A DNA stretch of 64,000 bases from an uncultured delta proteobacterium (GTDB taxonomy: Bacteria; Desulfobacterota; Binatia; UBA9968): NCBI GenBank assembly GCA_963760795.1, contig CAVXEP010000032.1, forward strand, positions 352,001-416,000, written 5' to 3'. The notes below the pieces were generated by a model, which saw only the letters and a list, made by a program, of their open reading frames with translations, was not told where the DNA came from and made no database searches. Position 1 is the first letter of the stretch. Every line of letters begins with the position of its first letter. The position numbers were made by a program, and so were the translations under genes. This document shows positions 10,301 through 23,528 of this stretch, in pieces.

Positions 10301-11908
10301 TTAAGGTCCGTGATGGGTTGCCAGCGGGCTCGTGTCGGTCATCTCGATCATTTTGCGCGCCAACTGTTCGGTCAGTTCTTGCCGCAAGGGTTGAGCGCCG
10401 GGCTCATTCCAAAGATTGTCGAGCTCGTGTGGATCGGCGGCGAAATCGTAGAGTTCGCCCCAACCGACGCCTTCGTAGATCGTCAAGCGGTGTTGCTGGG
10501 TGATCAGGCTGCGGGCGCGGAAGTTATTCGCCAATCCCATATAGCCGCGCCGCTGGTGCTCTTCGATGAGCATTGACTCGTGGCCGGTCATGCCGCCGTC
10601 GAGGGCCGGAATTAAACTTTTCCCCTGCATGCCGTTATGACCCGCCAGTCCGGCCCGCTGCAAAATCGTCGGCGCTAGGTCGACCGTGCCGCATAAGCCG
10701 GCATTGAGCTTGCCAGGCGCTTCGATCTGCGGATCGCTCCAGATACACGGTACGCGCACCAGGCCGCGGTAATGCAGCGCGCCTTTCAGCAACAGCTGAT
10801 GATCGCCCATGAAGTCGCCATGATCGCTGGTAAAAATCACCACCGTGTCGTCGTCGAGACGGAGGGTTTTGAGCCAGGCCAAAATGCTGCCAATGGCATC
10901 GTCGATCATCGCGATCATGCCATAGGTGAGCGCGGTGGCTTCACGAACTTCTCGTTCGGTGACGGCAAAGGTGCGCTGACCGTCCTTATTCGCCTCCTGG
11001 GCGGTACGCTCTTGGTAGAGCCGGCGCAGGTGCGGCACGATGGGTCGCTCGCCGGGATTGAACGAAGGTGGCAAGGGAATCTCTGCCGGATCGTACATGT
11101 CCCAATAGCGCCCCGGCGGCGTGAACGGATGGTGCGGGTCGGGAAACGAGCATTGCAGGAAAAACGGCTTGGCGCGGTCGCTGCGGGAATAGTTTTCTAA
11201 ATACTTGATGGTCCGCTCGGCGACGTAGGCGGAGGGATAGAGCTCTTCGGGAATCGCCGTGCGCCAAGCCTGCGGCGCGATGTAATTATTGCCCGGCAGC
11301 TGATTCTTGCGCCCGCGCAGCGCATCGCCATTGGCAGCGCGCTGCTTGAGCCAGCGATCGTAATGGCCGACCACTTCGTCGCCATGGCCGACGGCGAGCT
11401 CGACCTGGCTAAAGCCGTAGTAGGGCAGGCTAAGCTCGAAGTTGGCGTCGTTTTGCCAGGTGGCGCGCAGTTCCTGATCGTAACGGCCATGGTTAAGCCA
11501 ACTCTTATCGGCCTCGCGCAAATGCTCCGGCGGCTGAATTCTGTCGGGGTCCGCTTCTGGCATGCCGATGGTGGGGCGGGCGCCGCTGATACTTTGCAGG
11601 TGGCATTTGCCGATCAGCGCAGTATCGTAGCCCGCTGCCCGCAGGATCTCGACGAAGGTAGTCGCGGTGAGCGCTAGCGGGATGCCGTTTTGCCGCGCGC
11701 CATGCAGCGACGGCATGCGCCCGGTCATGAACGTCGCGCGATTGGGCATGCAGATCGGCGTGGCGACATAGAAATTGTCAAAGCGGGTCCCCGCTTGCGC
11801 GAGCCGATCGATGCTCGGGGTTTTGACAATCGGATTGCCGTAGCAGCCCAGATGATCGGCACGGTGCTGGTCGGTTATTATGCAAAGAAAGTTCGGCGCT
11901 CTATCCAT
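10301..11908 (-). CDS. sulfatase
   Basis: DQHRAD, CMPNR (CxPxR), GKCH, SDHGD; likely start MDRAPNFL. Confidence 0.92.
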   Translation of the reverse strand: MDRAPNFLCIITDQHRADHLGCYGNPIVKTPSIDRLAQAGTRFDNFYVATPICMPNRATFMTGRMPSLHGARQNGIPLALTATTFVEILRAAGYDTALIGKCHLQSISGARPTIGMPEADPDRIQPPEHLREADKSWLNHGRYDQELRATWQNDANFELSLPYYGFSQVELAVGHGDEVVGHYDRWLKQRAANGDALRGRKNQLPGNNYIAPQAWRTAIPEELYPSAYVAERTIKYLENYSRSDRAKPFFLQCSFPDPHHPFTPPGRYWDMYDPAEIPLPPSFNPGERPIVPHLRRLYQERTAQEANKDGQRTFAVTEREVREATALTYGMIAMIDDAIGSILAWLKTLRLDDDTVVIFTSDHGDFMGDHQLLLKGALHYRGLVRVPCIWSDPQIEAPGKLNAGLCGTVDLAPTILQRAGLAGHNGMQGKSLIPALDGGMTGHESMLIEEHQRRGYMGLANNFRARSLITQQHRLTIYEGVGWGELYDFAADPHELDNLWNEPGAQPLRQELTEQLARKMIEMTDTSPLATHHGP

Positions 11909-12029
11909 GGGCGATCCTCGACATCGCCTGTCTTTATCATATCGCTGCCGCCGTGCAATTGTTGAAAGCCCGCGAAGCTTTGCCACGAGCCGGGGAATTG
12001 TAGTAGAAGCGGACCTAAGGACAATCACC

Positions 12030-12545
12030 ATGATCGACGCCGCCGTGCTCATTCCCGTTTATCGTTCGCCGCCGGGCGACCTGCATATCGTCATGATCCT
12101 GCGCAATCCCGGCGGTGTGCATGGCGGTCAGATCGCCTTTCCGGGCGGCAAGCATGATCCGGCAGATGACACCATGCTCGATACCGCGTTGCGCGAAACG
12201 CGTGAAGAGCTCGGCTTGGTGATTCCGCGCAATGACATTTTGGCTGAGTTGCCGATGGAGCAGACGCGCACCACAGGTTATCGGGTGTTTCCCTATGTGG
12301 CGCGCATCACGCTCCCCGACCGGTGGCAGATCGCCGAGCGTGAGATTGCCGAGATCGTCGATGTCCGGCTCAGCGATCTCACTAGTCCCGGAGCCCACGA
12401 CAAGATGATCGAGCGCTTTCCGACCTGGCAGAAGGCCGAGCAGGTTTCGTATTATCGAATCGGCGAACATCGGCTCTGGGGATTGTCGTATCGGATCTTA
12501 CAACCGATTATCCCGCGTCTGGTTGGCGGCGATTGGAATGTGTGA
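12030..12545 (+). CDS. NUDIX hydrolase (CoA pyrophosphatase type)
   Basis: HGGQIAFPGGK...ALRETREELG, LWGLS. Confidence 0.88.
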   Translation: MIDAAVLIPVYRSPPGDLHIVMILRNPGGVHGGQIAFPGGKHDPADDTMLDTALRETREELGLVIPRNDILAELPMEQTRTTGYRVFPYVARITLPDRWQIAEREIAEIVDVRLSDLTSPGAHDKMIERFPTWQKAEQVSYYRIGEHRLWGLSYRILQPIIPRLVGGDWNV

Positions 12546-12555
12546 AGGAAAGATT

Positions 12556-12626
12556 GGTAAGGGGTGAGGGGTAAAGGGTAAGGCGTCCGGTCAGATACGC
12601 TTTACTTCTCACACTTTACCCTTTAC
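12556..12626. repeat. heptamer-unit hairpin (GGGTAAA/TTTACCC type)
   Basis: GGTAAGGGGTGAGGGGTAAAGGGTAAGG followed by TTTACTTCTCACACTTTACCCTTTAC. Confidence 0.6.
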
Positions 12627-12699
12627 ACTCGTGTGCTCGGAGCTGAGAGTATTTCGAAAATTAAAAAAAGCGAACCGTAATCAAAAAGGAGAACAACAA

Positions 12700-13915
12700 A
12701 TGGATTTCAATTTACAACCGGATAGCCGGGAGATTAGCGCGTTTCGCCAAGACGGTGCGCGCCTGGTTGGCGGAAAATATGAAGGGTAGCGAGCATCTGC
12801 GCTGGTCGGGCAACTGGTCGACCCGGGAAAACGACGAAGAGTATAAGTTTCGCCGCGGCTTGGCGGGCAAGTTGGGCGCGAAAAGGTGGCTTTTCCCCAC
12901 CTATCCGGAGAAATATGGCGGCGGCGGTATGAGTCTCGATCACCAGTTCGTTCTCGAAACCGAGATCGACCGTTACGGCCTGTCGCTGGGATCGGTTTTC
13001 TACACCCTGTCGCGCTTGGTGGCGCCGGCCGTGATGAAGTTCGGCACCGAGGAGCAAAAGGCCGAATTGCTGCCGCCGATGATGCGCGGTGAACTGGCGG
13101 TGTGGCAGGTGCTCACCGAACCGCAGGGCGGAAGCGATGTCGCCAACTGCCAAACCAAGGCGATTCGCGACGGCGACGATTTTATCGTCAACGGTCAAAA
13201 GGTCCTGGTCGGCCATCATTTGCCGCCGGACTTTCTCTGGACTTTTGTTTGTACCAACCCCGCCGGCAAACGCCATGAAAACTTGGGTTGGCTGTATATC
13301 CCGGCGACGCTTCCCGGCATTACCATTCAGCATATGCACTTGATGATGGGCATTAAGAACGCCGTGTTCTTCGACAACGTCCGCGTCCCGGCGAAATATC
13401 TAGTCGGCGGCGAGAACAACGGCTGGAAGGTCGCCAACAGTTATTTGGAACTCGAGCATGGCGGCGGTGGCAGTGTCGCCGAGCATCCGCTGTTCGCGCG
13501 GCTCATCGCCCATTGCCAACGTACTAACTTTGACGGCGAGAGTTTGATGGAAGATCAGGACGTGCGCGATGTCCTAGCCGAGATGCTCATCGATTTGGAT
13601 GTCCAACGGCTGATGGGGTTACGCAATTTTTGGCATCGTTATGTTAAGCAGCCCCATTCCTATGGCGGACCGCAATTTCTTTTTCTTCAGCGCATGGTGC
13701 GCTTGCGCAATGCCGAGCGCGTGCAAAAGATTTGCGGCTATGACGCCCTGGCGCCGGACGATTCGGTGCATGAAGTTGCCGACTTCGAGTACACCGTGCG
13801 CAGCGGTCCCGGTTGGCTCCATGGCGGCGGCACGCTGGATACCGACCGGCTGATCATCGCCCGCCGCTTAGGTTTGGGCCGGCCGTCCCAGGAGGACGCG
13901 CCGACTACCGTCTAG
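12700..13915 (+). CDS. acyl-CoA dehydrogenase (5' frameshift)
   Basis: AGGAG + ATG 12700 (MDFNL); TEPQGGSDVA, NGQKV, FFDNVRVP. Confidence 0.88.
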
Positions 13916-13966
13916 GAAGAAGAGGAATATCCACAAAGGGCACAAAGAAAACAAAGGCATAAATCT

Positions 13967-15100
13967 ATGGATCTAAAACTAAACGACGATCAAAATATGA
14001 TGAAGAAAGTGGCGGGGGATTTTTTGAAGGCCGAAGCGCCACCGCATGTCATCACTGAATGGTATCAAAAGAAAATCGCCCATCTTCCTGAGCTGTATAA
14101 AAAGACCGCCGGCGTCGGTTGGCTTGGCATGACGGTGCCCGACCAGTTTGGCGGCGGCGGATCTTCTGCTACGGACTGCGCCGTGGTCTTCGAGGAGCTT
14201 GGTCGCGGTCCCTTGCCCGGTCCCTATTTTTCTTGCGGCGTCTTGGCGGCGCAATTGTTTTTAGAAGGGGGCAGCGCGGCGCAGCAAAAGTCCTGGTTGC
14301 CGAAGATTTGCGATGGCAGTGCCATCGTGATTCCTGCGCTCTCCGACGACCCCATTCAGTTCGGGCCGAAATCAGTGCAGACGCGGGCGATTAAGAGTGC
14401 TAGAGGATTCACTCTCAACGGCACCAAGCGCTATGTCCAGGACGGCGATGCGGCGAGTCAATTTATTTGCGCGGCGCGCAGCGACAGCGGTGGCGTCGTG
14501 CTCGCTTTAGTCGACCGCAATGCGCCGGGGGTTTCGGTGAAGCCGGTGTTTGGCTTCATGATTGGCGCGGCGGAAGTGTGCTTTGACAATGTTGCCGTCG
14601 GAGCGGACGCGCTCATCGGCGCGGTGGATTCGGGATGGCAGGTGCTGGAAGCGGCGCTCACCAAAGCTTTGCCGATTCTGTGTGCCTACCAGGTGGGTGC
14701 CTGCCAAGAGATTTTCGAAATGACCAACGAGTACACCCGTACCCGCGTGGTCTTCGGTCAGCCTATCGGACGCTTCCAGCGGGTGCAGGATCACTGTGTC
14801 GATATATCGATCCACCTGGACGGCGCGCGTTGGATTACCTACGAGACCTTGTGGAAGATTGACTCGGCCGTTGCCGCCACCGCCGGAGCACATCAATCCA
14901 AAGCAGTGGCTAGCGAAGCCTACTACCAGTCCTGCCATTTTGCCCACATGGTGTTTGCCGGCGCCGGGACGGACTACAAACATCCGCTGATGGCCCATAG
15001 TGTGCTGGCCCATGCGCTTTATCAGTATTTAGGCACACCGCTGTTTCATAAGCGGGCGATGATCGATGCGATGTATCCGCGCAAGGCGAAGGTCGGTTAG
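13967..15100 (+). CDS. acyl-CoA dehydrogenase (likely partner subunit)
   Basis: EELGRG, LNGTKRYV, RVVFGQPIGRFQRVQ. Confidence 0.88.
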   Translation: MDLKLNDDQNMMKKVAGDFLKAEAPPHVITEWYQKKIAHLPELYKKTAGVGWLGMTVPDQFGGGGSSATDCAVVFEELGRGPLPGPYFSCGVLAAQLFLEGGSAAQQKSWLPKICDGSAIVIPALSDDPIQFGPKSVQTRAIKSARGFTLNGTKRYVQDGDAASQFICAARSDSGGVVLALVDRNAPGVSVKPVFGFMIGAAEVCFDNVAVGADALIGAVDSGWQVLEAALTKALPILCAYQVGACQEIFEMTNEYTRTRVVFGQPIGRFQRVQDHCVDISIHLDGARWITYETLWKIDSAVAATAGAHQSKAVASEAYYQSCHFAHMVFAGAGTDYKHPLMAHSVLAHALYQYLGTPLFHKRAMIDAMYPRKAKVG

Positions 15101-15129
15101 GAGTGAAAAGTAAGAGGTAGGGGTTTTCG

Positions 15130-16185
15130 ATGAAGGTTGGTGCAAAGTTTTATTCGCTAGTTGTTGGGATGGCGTTGCTCGTAGTTGGTGTCGCGTCTGC
15201 TCAAACAGGTAAGGGTGTTGCTGAATTAGCCACAGTATTCGCGGGGTGATCGCGAGAAGATGCTCTACGAAGGCGCGAAGAAGGAGGGCAAAGTCGTTTG
15301 GTACACGTCCTTGGTGCCGTCCAAAGATATCGGTAAAATTTTCGAGGCTAAATATCCCGGAGTTACGGTGGAGGTCTATCGCGCCAGTGGCATCGATTTG
15401 ACGAATAAGGCTTTGGCTGAGCATAAGGCGCGTCGTTACATCGCTGATAGCTGTCGAGACGACGCCGGGAGCGTTAATGACATTGCGCGACGAGCGGTTT
15501 TTCGTGCCTTACAGCTCGCCGTTTCTCAAAAATTATCCCGATAGCGCCAAGGAGAAGACCAACAGCGGTTTAGTCTACTGGACCACGGATCGCGAGTCAT
15601 ACATCGGTTTGGCCTACAACAAGAACTCGGTGAAAGGCTTGGAGCTGCCGAAAAAATTCGACGATCTGGTGAAGCCGGCGCTTAAAGGCAAGATGGCGAT
15701 CAGCAGCGATGAGAGCAGCGCGCGTCAGCTTGGCGCCATGGCGTGGGCCAAGAGCGACAGCTTCATTCGTAAATTGAAAGATCAGGAAATTACGCTCCAC
15801 GGCGCTTCCGGCCCGGGCTTTAACGAGCTGATCGTGTCCGGCGAAGTGCCGATGTCGTTCGTCGGTTTTTCCACCAATGTGGCGCACTCGGCAAAGAAGG
15901 GGTCGCCCATCGCCTGGCATGCCTTGGACCTGGCAGTCGCCAACGCCGGCGGTGTCGGGGTTTCGGCCAATGCGACCCATCCGCATGCGGCATTGCTGCT
16001 CGTCGACTTTTTGCTCGGCCCTGACGGGCCAAAAGATGTTCAGCGAAACGTTCGCCTACGGCAGCGGTGCGAAAAACTACGGCTTCGAGAAGTTCTATCC
16101 CGAGAAAGGCTTGACCACCGAGGAGTATGCCGATCGCGTCGAGAAGTGGATGCGGCTGATGAAGCAGATCACGCGCAAGCCATGA
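15130..16185 (+). CDS. extracellular solute-binding protein (several frameshifts)
   Basis: EGAKKEGKVVWYTS, DLVKPALKGK, HPHAALLLVDFLL spread over 3-4 ORFs. Confidence 0.75.
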
Positions 16186-16192
16186 TTCAGTC

Positions 16193-17768
16193 TCAAAACT
16201 TCACAAAGATCTCTTTGGCTTCGTCGCCGGTCAGTTGCTTGATCGTCGTAATCCGGTCGCTGAACTCCTTCAACGTGCCCAAGGAAGCCGGCCCCATGTC
16301 GATGAGGATTGAGAAGAGCGAGAAGCCGAGGCGCTCCTTTTCTTCTCGAAATTGCTCCGCCCACTGCGGATCGACCTGGCACTCGCCGTCGGTGATGAAG
16401 ATGATGTCGCCTTTCTTAAAGCGCGAGTCGCCTAGACATTCCAGCGCGGCGTCCAGCGGCTTTTGAAAGTCGGTGCCGCCGCCGGGGAAGTATTCCGCCA
16501 GGTCCATGATGGTTTTGGTTTCGACCTCGTAGCGGTCGCGTGGGTTCATGTCGAGAACTTGCAGCGGCGTTTCCGCCGACGAGAAGCAGATCGAGCGAAA
16601 CAAGCGGCGCTGTTTGCGGGCGATCTCCAATAGCGTAAGAGTCACCGCTTTGGACCAGATCTCTTTGTCACCGGACATGGACGAGCTGCCGTCGAGGCAG
16701 ACGATCATCGGTCCTTTGCCTTTTTCTTCGATGCCGCGCAGCGAATACTGAATCAGCTCCTGGTCGAGGAAGCGGCGAAAGAAATCCTTGCGCAGTAGCG
16801 GATGGTGCAAGCTCAGCATTTCGTGTGGCAGCAAGCGGTGCAGGGCGTCGCCTTGCTCGACTTCCAGGAGTTCTTCGTTGGACCTCTCAAAGACTTTCTT
16901 GCGCAGTGCCTGGGCGTGAAACTTCATCCGGCCGACCATGCGGGCGAGCTTTTTCAGCTTGTCATTTCCCGCGAGGCGCCGGCCGAGTTCGAGCTTTTGC
17001 CCTGGCGGCGACTTCTCACCGGTGCCGATGGTATTGCCCCAGGTCTCCGCTTCTTCGGTGGCATCTTCGAGTTCTTGGGCGACCTTGATGGTTTCGGCCT
17101 GGAGGCGGTTCTTGGCTTGCGCTTCAATGCGTTTCAAGTCTTCCTTGAGTTGCGTCGTCTTATGGCGCAACAACGCTTCGGCGCCCTGGACTTCGCCGGC
17201 CATTTTCTCTTTGGCTTTTTGCAGCGCCTTTTTGCCTTGTTCGGAGAGCTGGTCTTCGGGGATGGTGTCGGCGTTGTCATACTCTTCGAATCTTCTGGCC
17301 GACCAGTTCTTCTTGCTTCTGGATATCCCAGAGGTCGCGCATGTCCCGGCGGGTGAGCAGCTTTTCTTCCCGGATGACATTCAACAACCGTTCACCGAGA
17401 ATCAGCGTCGACAAGCCGGCGTGTGCTTCGTTCAAAAGCGTTTGCTCGCGCAGGTAGTCGTACTGAGTGCCGGTATGGATCGAGCGGAGAAACTTCTGGT
17501 TGAGCAGGGCGCTCGGTAAGACTTCGACGTCCTTGTGGTAATTGACCACGTACTTGAACAGCAAACAGAATATGTCCTGGAGCAAGGAGCCGAAATGGGG
17601 CAGCAAGGTAGCGCCTTTGTCCTCCAACTCGCGCAGCGACGGCGATTCCGAGCGTAGATGCTGCCAGACGCGCCGGTCGTAGGCGTCGTGCTCAATCCAA
17701 AAGGTATTCTTGGGCAGCGGTTCGAAGCGCCGCCTGGCAGGCATTGTCTGTGGACGGCGTGACGCCAT
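16193..17768 (-). CDS. VWA-domain protein, ViaA-like (frameshift ~17290)
   Basis: MIDAS motifs LDGSSSM, GGGTDF, FITDG. Confidence 0.85.
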
Positions 17769-18888
17769 CAGAATTGCTCCAGCAGCTCTTTCTGCAGCTG
17801 TTCGATCTCGCCGCGCACGGCGTGCACCCGTTCGAGCGGGCGGCCGAGCCTTTGGGCTTTGTCCTTGATGCCATCGACTTTGGTTAAGATATTTTTCAAC
17901 TTGGTGTGGACTTCGATCAGGGCACGGGCGCGCTCGTCGGTGCTGCGGCCGGCCTGCAGCGCCACTTCGCGGATCTCGCGCGATTCATACAAAAGCTCGG
18001 CGATCTCTTCTTCGTAGCCGAGCAAGAGCTCGCGAATGGTGCCGCGCACCTGCTCCTGTTCCGCCGGGTCGCGCCACAACACATGCTCGAGAAAGAATAG
18101 ATCTTTCTCCGTCACTTCCGTCTGGCCTTCGATGAAATGCGTGGGCTTGCAGCAGGGCGAGACATTGGCGGTAGCGCCGGTCCGAGGCGTGGATGTTTTT
18201 CTTATTGAGCTCGCGGCGGATATCGGCGATGCCGCGGAATACGTAGGGCGGGATGGCCACCTGCCGGACTTGGGCCTGTAGCTCGGTCAACTCGGCAAAG
18301 GTCAGCGTGGTGCGCTCAGGCTGAGCTTGCGACTCCAGCATGCGCAGGAAACGAAAGTCTTCAACGATGTAGCCGACCACGAAACGGACCAGGAAGCGGT
18401 CATAGAGCGCGGTCAATTCTTCTTCCTCGGGCAGTTCGTTGCTGGCGCCGAACAGAGTGAGCAGCGGCACCTTGACGATTTCCTTGCCGTTGTGAAAAAG
18501 CCGCTCGTTGATCAGCGTCAGGATCGAATTCAAGATCGACGAGTTGGCTTTGAAGATTTCATCGAGAAAGGCGATATGGGCTTCGGGAAGTTTGCGGCTG
18601 GTGACGCGCCGGTAGTCGTCCTGTTCCAGAGCCTTGAGACTTACCGCGCCGAAAGATCTCCTCCGGCGTGGTGAAGCGGGTGAGCAGCCACTGAAAATAG
18701 TTGGCGCCGTCGATGCGCCGGCATAGCTCGTCGGCGAGCATCGACTTCGCCGTGCCCGGCGGGCCGATGATCAGCAAATGATGCGCCGAGAGCAACGCCG
18801 CCAGCGCGCCGTCGATCAAGTCGCTCCGTTCCAGGAACATTTGTTTCAGTTCGTCGCGGAGTTTTTTGAGCTTTTCTTGAATGGTCAT
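17768..18888 (-). CDS. MoxR/RavA-type AAA+ ATPase (two frameshifts)
   Basis: GPPGTAKS, FLDEIFKANS, GASNELP, LYDRF. Confidence 0.85.
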
Positions 18889-19020
18889 GGTCAGATAAGA
18901 TGCAGGGTAGCAAATGGTGGCAGAGCAGACAATCGAATAACAGATCAGCATGGAGCATGGATGCGACATTGCCGCAGCTTTGGGCTATTCACGATGAATC
19001 TGAAAGGAGCAGATGTCGCT

Positions 19021-20060
19021 ATGAAATTCAGCCGAAAAGTTGATCGCGAGCTTTACCATTTTACTGCTGTCCTGGCTCGGCGGCGGCTAAGGCTCAGGAT
19101 GCGAAGCTGATCGAGGCGGCGAAGAAGGAAGGTGGTAAGGTTGTCGTCTACGGCTCTTTGGAAAACGACACGATGGATTTGATTGCGGCGGCGTTCAAGA
19201 AAAAGACCGGGCTCGAAGTCGAGTATTGGCGCGTGCGGCTCGAACAAAGTGACTGATCGGGTGCGCGACCGAATCACGCGCGGGTAAACCGCAGTACCGA
19301 TGTTGTTCTGACCACCGACGCTCGACCTTGCGAGTCTGATTCAAAAGGACGGCTTTTCGGCGAAATACGATTCGCCCTCGGCGAATGCTTTCCCAAGGAA
19401 GTCATCGATCCCAATCTCGGTCGGCCGAGTATCGCAACACCGTGATCGGCATCGTTTATCACTACCGGCATCGATCAAACCGGCGGATGCGCCCAAAGTC
19501 TCTGGAGGATCTGGTCAAGCCGCAATACAAGGGTAAAGTGGTATTTCCTGATCCGAGCCAGCACACGACCACGGCGCAGTGGCTGGCGAGCTTGCACAAG
19601 ATCATCGGCACAAGGAACGGGCGGAGAAGTTCATTCGCGACCTGGCGGCATCCAAACCGCTGTTGGTGCGATTCGCTTGACACCTGCCGGCGAACGGATC
19701 ACCACCGGTGAGACGCCGATCGGCGTGGCGTTTCTCAAGAACGTGGTTTTCTACGGCCACAAAGGCGTGCCGTTGGATTACGTCCGGCTGGGCAAATTCA
19801 TGGGCGACGGCCAATCGATTGCCCTGGCCGCTAAGGCGCCGTCCATCCTGAACGCAGGGAAAGCGTTCATCGACTATTTCCTCGGCGAAGAAAGTCTCAA
19901 GATCATGGCCGGTATCGGCGAATTCGTCACCCGCAAAGGCATCTATCCACCGTTGCCGGATGCCGATAAGATTCGAGCTGGTCGACATGGTCGATATGGA
20001 CAAGGAAGCTCTCACGCAGAAAAGATGGCGGAGTATAAGAAAATCTTTTTGCAGAATTAG
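19021..20060 (+). CDS. extracellular solute-binding protein (many frameshifts)
   Basis: EAAKKEGGKVVVYGS, EDLVKPQYKGK, NAGKAFIDYFL fragments. Confidence 0.7.
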
Positions 20061-20118
20061 TTCTGCAAAAAGGTTCCAGCGTCCAATCGTTCCAGCGGTT
20101 CAGTTTTGGAGGAATTCT

Positions 20119-21701
20119 GTGGTCGACAGCGAGTGGGATGTCATTCTGATTGGCGCGGGGCAAAACAATTTTGCTCTCGGCACCTATCTCGGCATGGCCG
20201 GTCTCAAGACCGTCATCTGCGAGAGCCGCCTGGAAAACGGCGGGCGGCTCGCCAGCGAAGAGATCACCCGGCCCGGTTACTGGCATAACACGCTGGCTTA
20301 TTTCCAGGATAACCGCGAGGTCTCGCCGGTCTGGAAAGAATTGAAATGGGACGACGGCCATCACGCTGAGTTCGTTTCGCCGCCGGTCATAAGCGCGCTG
20401 TTGCTCCCGGATGGGCAGTCGATTGCGCACCATCAAGCCATCGAACAGACCGTCACATCGATCAAACGGTTATTCGACCAAGGATGGTGAGGCTTGGCGC
20501 CGAATCTCCATCATCGGTTTCACCAGCTGATCCGCGATTATCTGATTCCCTACTACTATGAGTCGCCCCAGCCGGGTGCGGCGATCTTGCAGAAGTTGGA
20601 CAGCGAACCGGACGGCAAGGAATTTAGACGGCTTGTGGCAACTGACGCCGCGCCAAGTGGTCGACGAGCTGTTTGAGAGCGATGCCGTGAAGACCTTGGT
20701 GCTGTCGCAGATGGCGATTCCGCGCGGCGTCGGCATCGACTACGGCGGTGGCGGCATCGAAGTGTTAAAGCTGATCGCCGGTGACGAAAAGCCGGAGCTG
20801 GCGCGCGGCGGATCGCACTCCATCGCCCAGGTTTTGCAGCGCGCCTATGTCCACAACGGCGGGCAGATTCGCGCCGTGCATCATGTCGACAAGATTCTGG
20901 TCGAACGACGATGGCCGGGCTGTTGGCGTGCGCTTGCGCGATGGGCGCGAGTGGCAGGCGCGCTTGGCGGTGGTGTCGAATTCCGATCCCTATTCGACGT
21001 TCGTCGAGATGGTCGGCGAGGATTATTTGCCGCGGACCTTCGTCGAGCGGGTGAAAGACATTCAGGTCGACGAGTTTTCGTATTTCCAGGTGCATCTTGG
21101 CGTTGAAGGCGCCGGTGCGTTACGCCCTCTACGAAGCCAACAACCCGGCGGTCGGCCAGGCGATGAACGTCAATATCGGACCGGAGAAACCGGGCGATCT
21201 CGCAGCGATGTGGCAAGAGATCCGCGCCGGCGAGTTTCCGACCCATGCCTGTCTGCATGCCATTTGTCCGACCGCCTTCGACCCGTTGCAAGCGCCCGCC
21301 GGCAAGCATGCGGCGTCGGTATACCTGCCGGTGCCGTTTCAATTGAAAGGCAAGCAGCCGGAGGATTGGGTCAAACTCAAGAACGGCTTTCTCGATACGG
21401 TGCTCAAAACCTGGCGCCGCTACGCGACCAACTTGACCGACGAGAACATCACCATGAAAGTGGCGATGGAGCCCCACTACATGGCCGGGCGTTGGCCCAA
21501 CATGCGGCGTGGTTCGGTCTGGGTGGCGCGCAAGATTCCGACCCAGATGGGCGAGCAGCGCCCCATCGAACCAATCTCCGACTACCGCACGCCGATCCAA
21601 GGGTTGTATCAAGTCGGCGTCGCGATGCATCCGGCCGACGCTGTGATCGCCGGCTCGGGGTATAATTGCTGGAGGTGATGAAGCAGGATCTGGACTTGTA
21701 A
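20119..21701 (+). CDS. phytoene dehydrogenase-like FAD oxidoreductase (frameshifted)
   Basis: WDVILIGAGQN, GGRL, RGGSHSI, YRTPIQGLY. Confidence 0.8.
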
Positions 21702-21706
21702 CGGGC

Positions 21707-21795
21707 GGAACGATTGAACGCTTGAACTACTTGAACGATTTGAACCAACACGCCGTTCAAGCCGTTCCAATGGTTCAAAGCGTTCAAGCGTTCGG
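21707..21795. repeat. TTGAAC/GTTCAA hairpin repeat
   Basis: five GAAC units followed by five GTTC units. Confidence 0.8.
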
Positions 21796-21807
21796 AATCG
21801 GATAACT

Positions 21808-23431
21808 ATGGCGAAAATATTAGAATACGACGGCGTAATCATCGGCGCCGGCCACAACGGCATGATCTGCGCCGGTTATCTGGCCAAGTGCGGCCAGAAG
21901 ATCATGGTCGTCGAGAAGAATATGGAAGTCGGCGGCGGCTTGGATTCCCACGAGGACCGCAACTATCCCGGTTTCTGGCACAATATTCACTCGGTGTTTC
22001 ATCGCGGTTTGATGATGCTGCCCTGGTACAAGGATCTGGAGCTGGAAAATTTCGGCATTCACTACTACCGGCCCGACCCCGGAGTCGTGCACCATTTTCT
22101 CGACAAGACTTATCTCGGCTGGTTTTCCGACGTGAAGCAAGACCGTCGCGACCATCGAGCGTTTCTCCAAGAAAGACGCGTCGTCATTCATGGACATCTG
22201 GACGCGTTGGCAGCCGGTGGTGCAAAAGATTGTCTTTACCGAGACCTATGCCGTGCCGCTGCCGTTCGAAGAAAAAAAGCCGCTGCTCGAAAAGACGCCG
22301 GAAGGGCGCGAGTATCTGAAATATTTCGATACCACGCCGGAAGAGTTCGTCTTGCGCACTTCGAACATCCGCGCGTGCGCGCGTTTATTGGTTTCCTCGG
22401 TGTCATGCGCGGCTACGAACTGGACGCGCCGAAGACCGGTTATCTGATACCGGCGATGATCGCCTGGGGCGTCAATCCGCAACTCTGCCGCGGCACGTCA
22501 CATGCGCTGGGCGATAATCTGGCGCACATGATGTCGCACAATCATGTCGACTATATCGAAGCCAACGGTGTCGAGCGCATCTTGGTCGAAAAAGGCCAGG
22601 CAACGGCGGTGGTGTTGGAAGACGGCACGGTGATCAAGGCGCGCAAGTTCATCGCCTCCAACGTGAACCCGGTGGAGACCTTCATCAAATTGGTCGGTCG
22701 GGAGAATCTAGAAAATAAGTTTGCCACGCTCGCCGAAAACTTTCGCTTTTCCCAAAACCACGCCGATCTTCGCGACTAATCTGGCGTTGAACGAAAGACC
22801 TAAGTACATCACCGAGGAAAAACATCCCGAGGTCGCCGGCTCGTTCATGCATATCATCGGCTTGGAGGACTACGAAGATCTGCAAAACTTGTTCGAAGAT
22901 TGCCGCAACGGGCAGCTGCCGCGCAAACCGTTCATGAATGGCGCGACGCCGTCGTTTCACGATCCGACCCAAGCTCCGCCGGGCAAAGCTACTGCGTTTA
23001 TGTGGCAGCTCATGACCTACAATCTTTGGGGCAACCCGCAGAACTGGGACAAAGCGCGCGATGATTGGTTCAACAAACAACTGGCCGTTTGGCAAAAGTT
23101 CGCGCCCAACCTAAATGACGCCAACATTCTGTCGACCGATTCGACTACTCCACTCGACATCGAGCGCCATGACAAAAACATGTACTGCGGCGATTGGATG
23201 GTCGGCGAATATTCCGGCGATCAAGCATTAGAGAACCGCCCGTTTCCCGGTTGGGGCCAGTACAAGACGCCGATTGACGGGCTGTTCCTGTGCGGCTCGT
23301 CCTGCCATCCAGGTGGCAACATCACCGGTGCTCCTGGCTACAACGCGGCAAAAGTGATTGCCGAAAGCTTGGGATTGAAAACCTGGTGGCATCCGGTGGA
23401 CTTCCGTGAACATTTGAAAGGACTGCGATGA
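21808..23431 (+). CDS. phytoene dehydrogenase-like FAD oxidoreductase (frameshifted)
   Basis: IIGAGHNG, QAPPGK, YKTPIDGLFLCGSSCHPGG. Confidence 0.85.
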
Positions 23432-23528
23432 AAAGTCTTAGCCCCGTTCAAGAGTTCAAACGTCCAAGGTTCAAGGTCAGAAACGATACCTTCCGAAGTC
23501 AAGTACTCCACCAATACGAGGTGCGGCT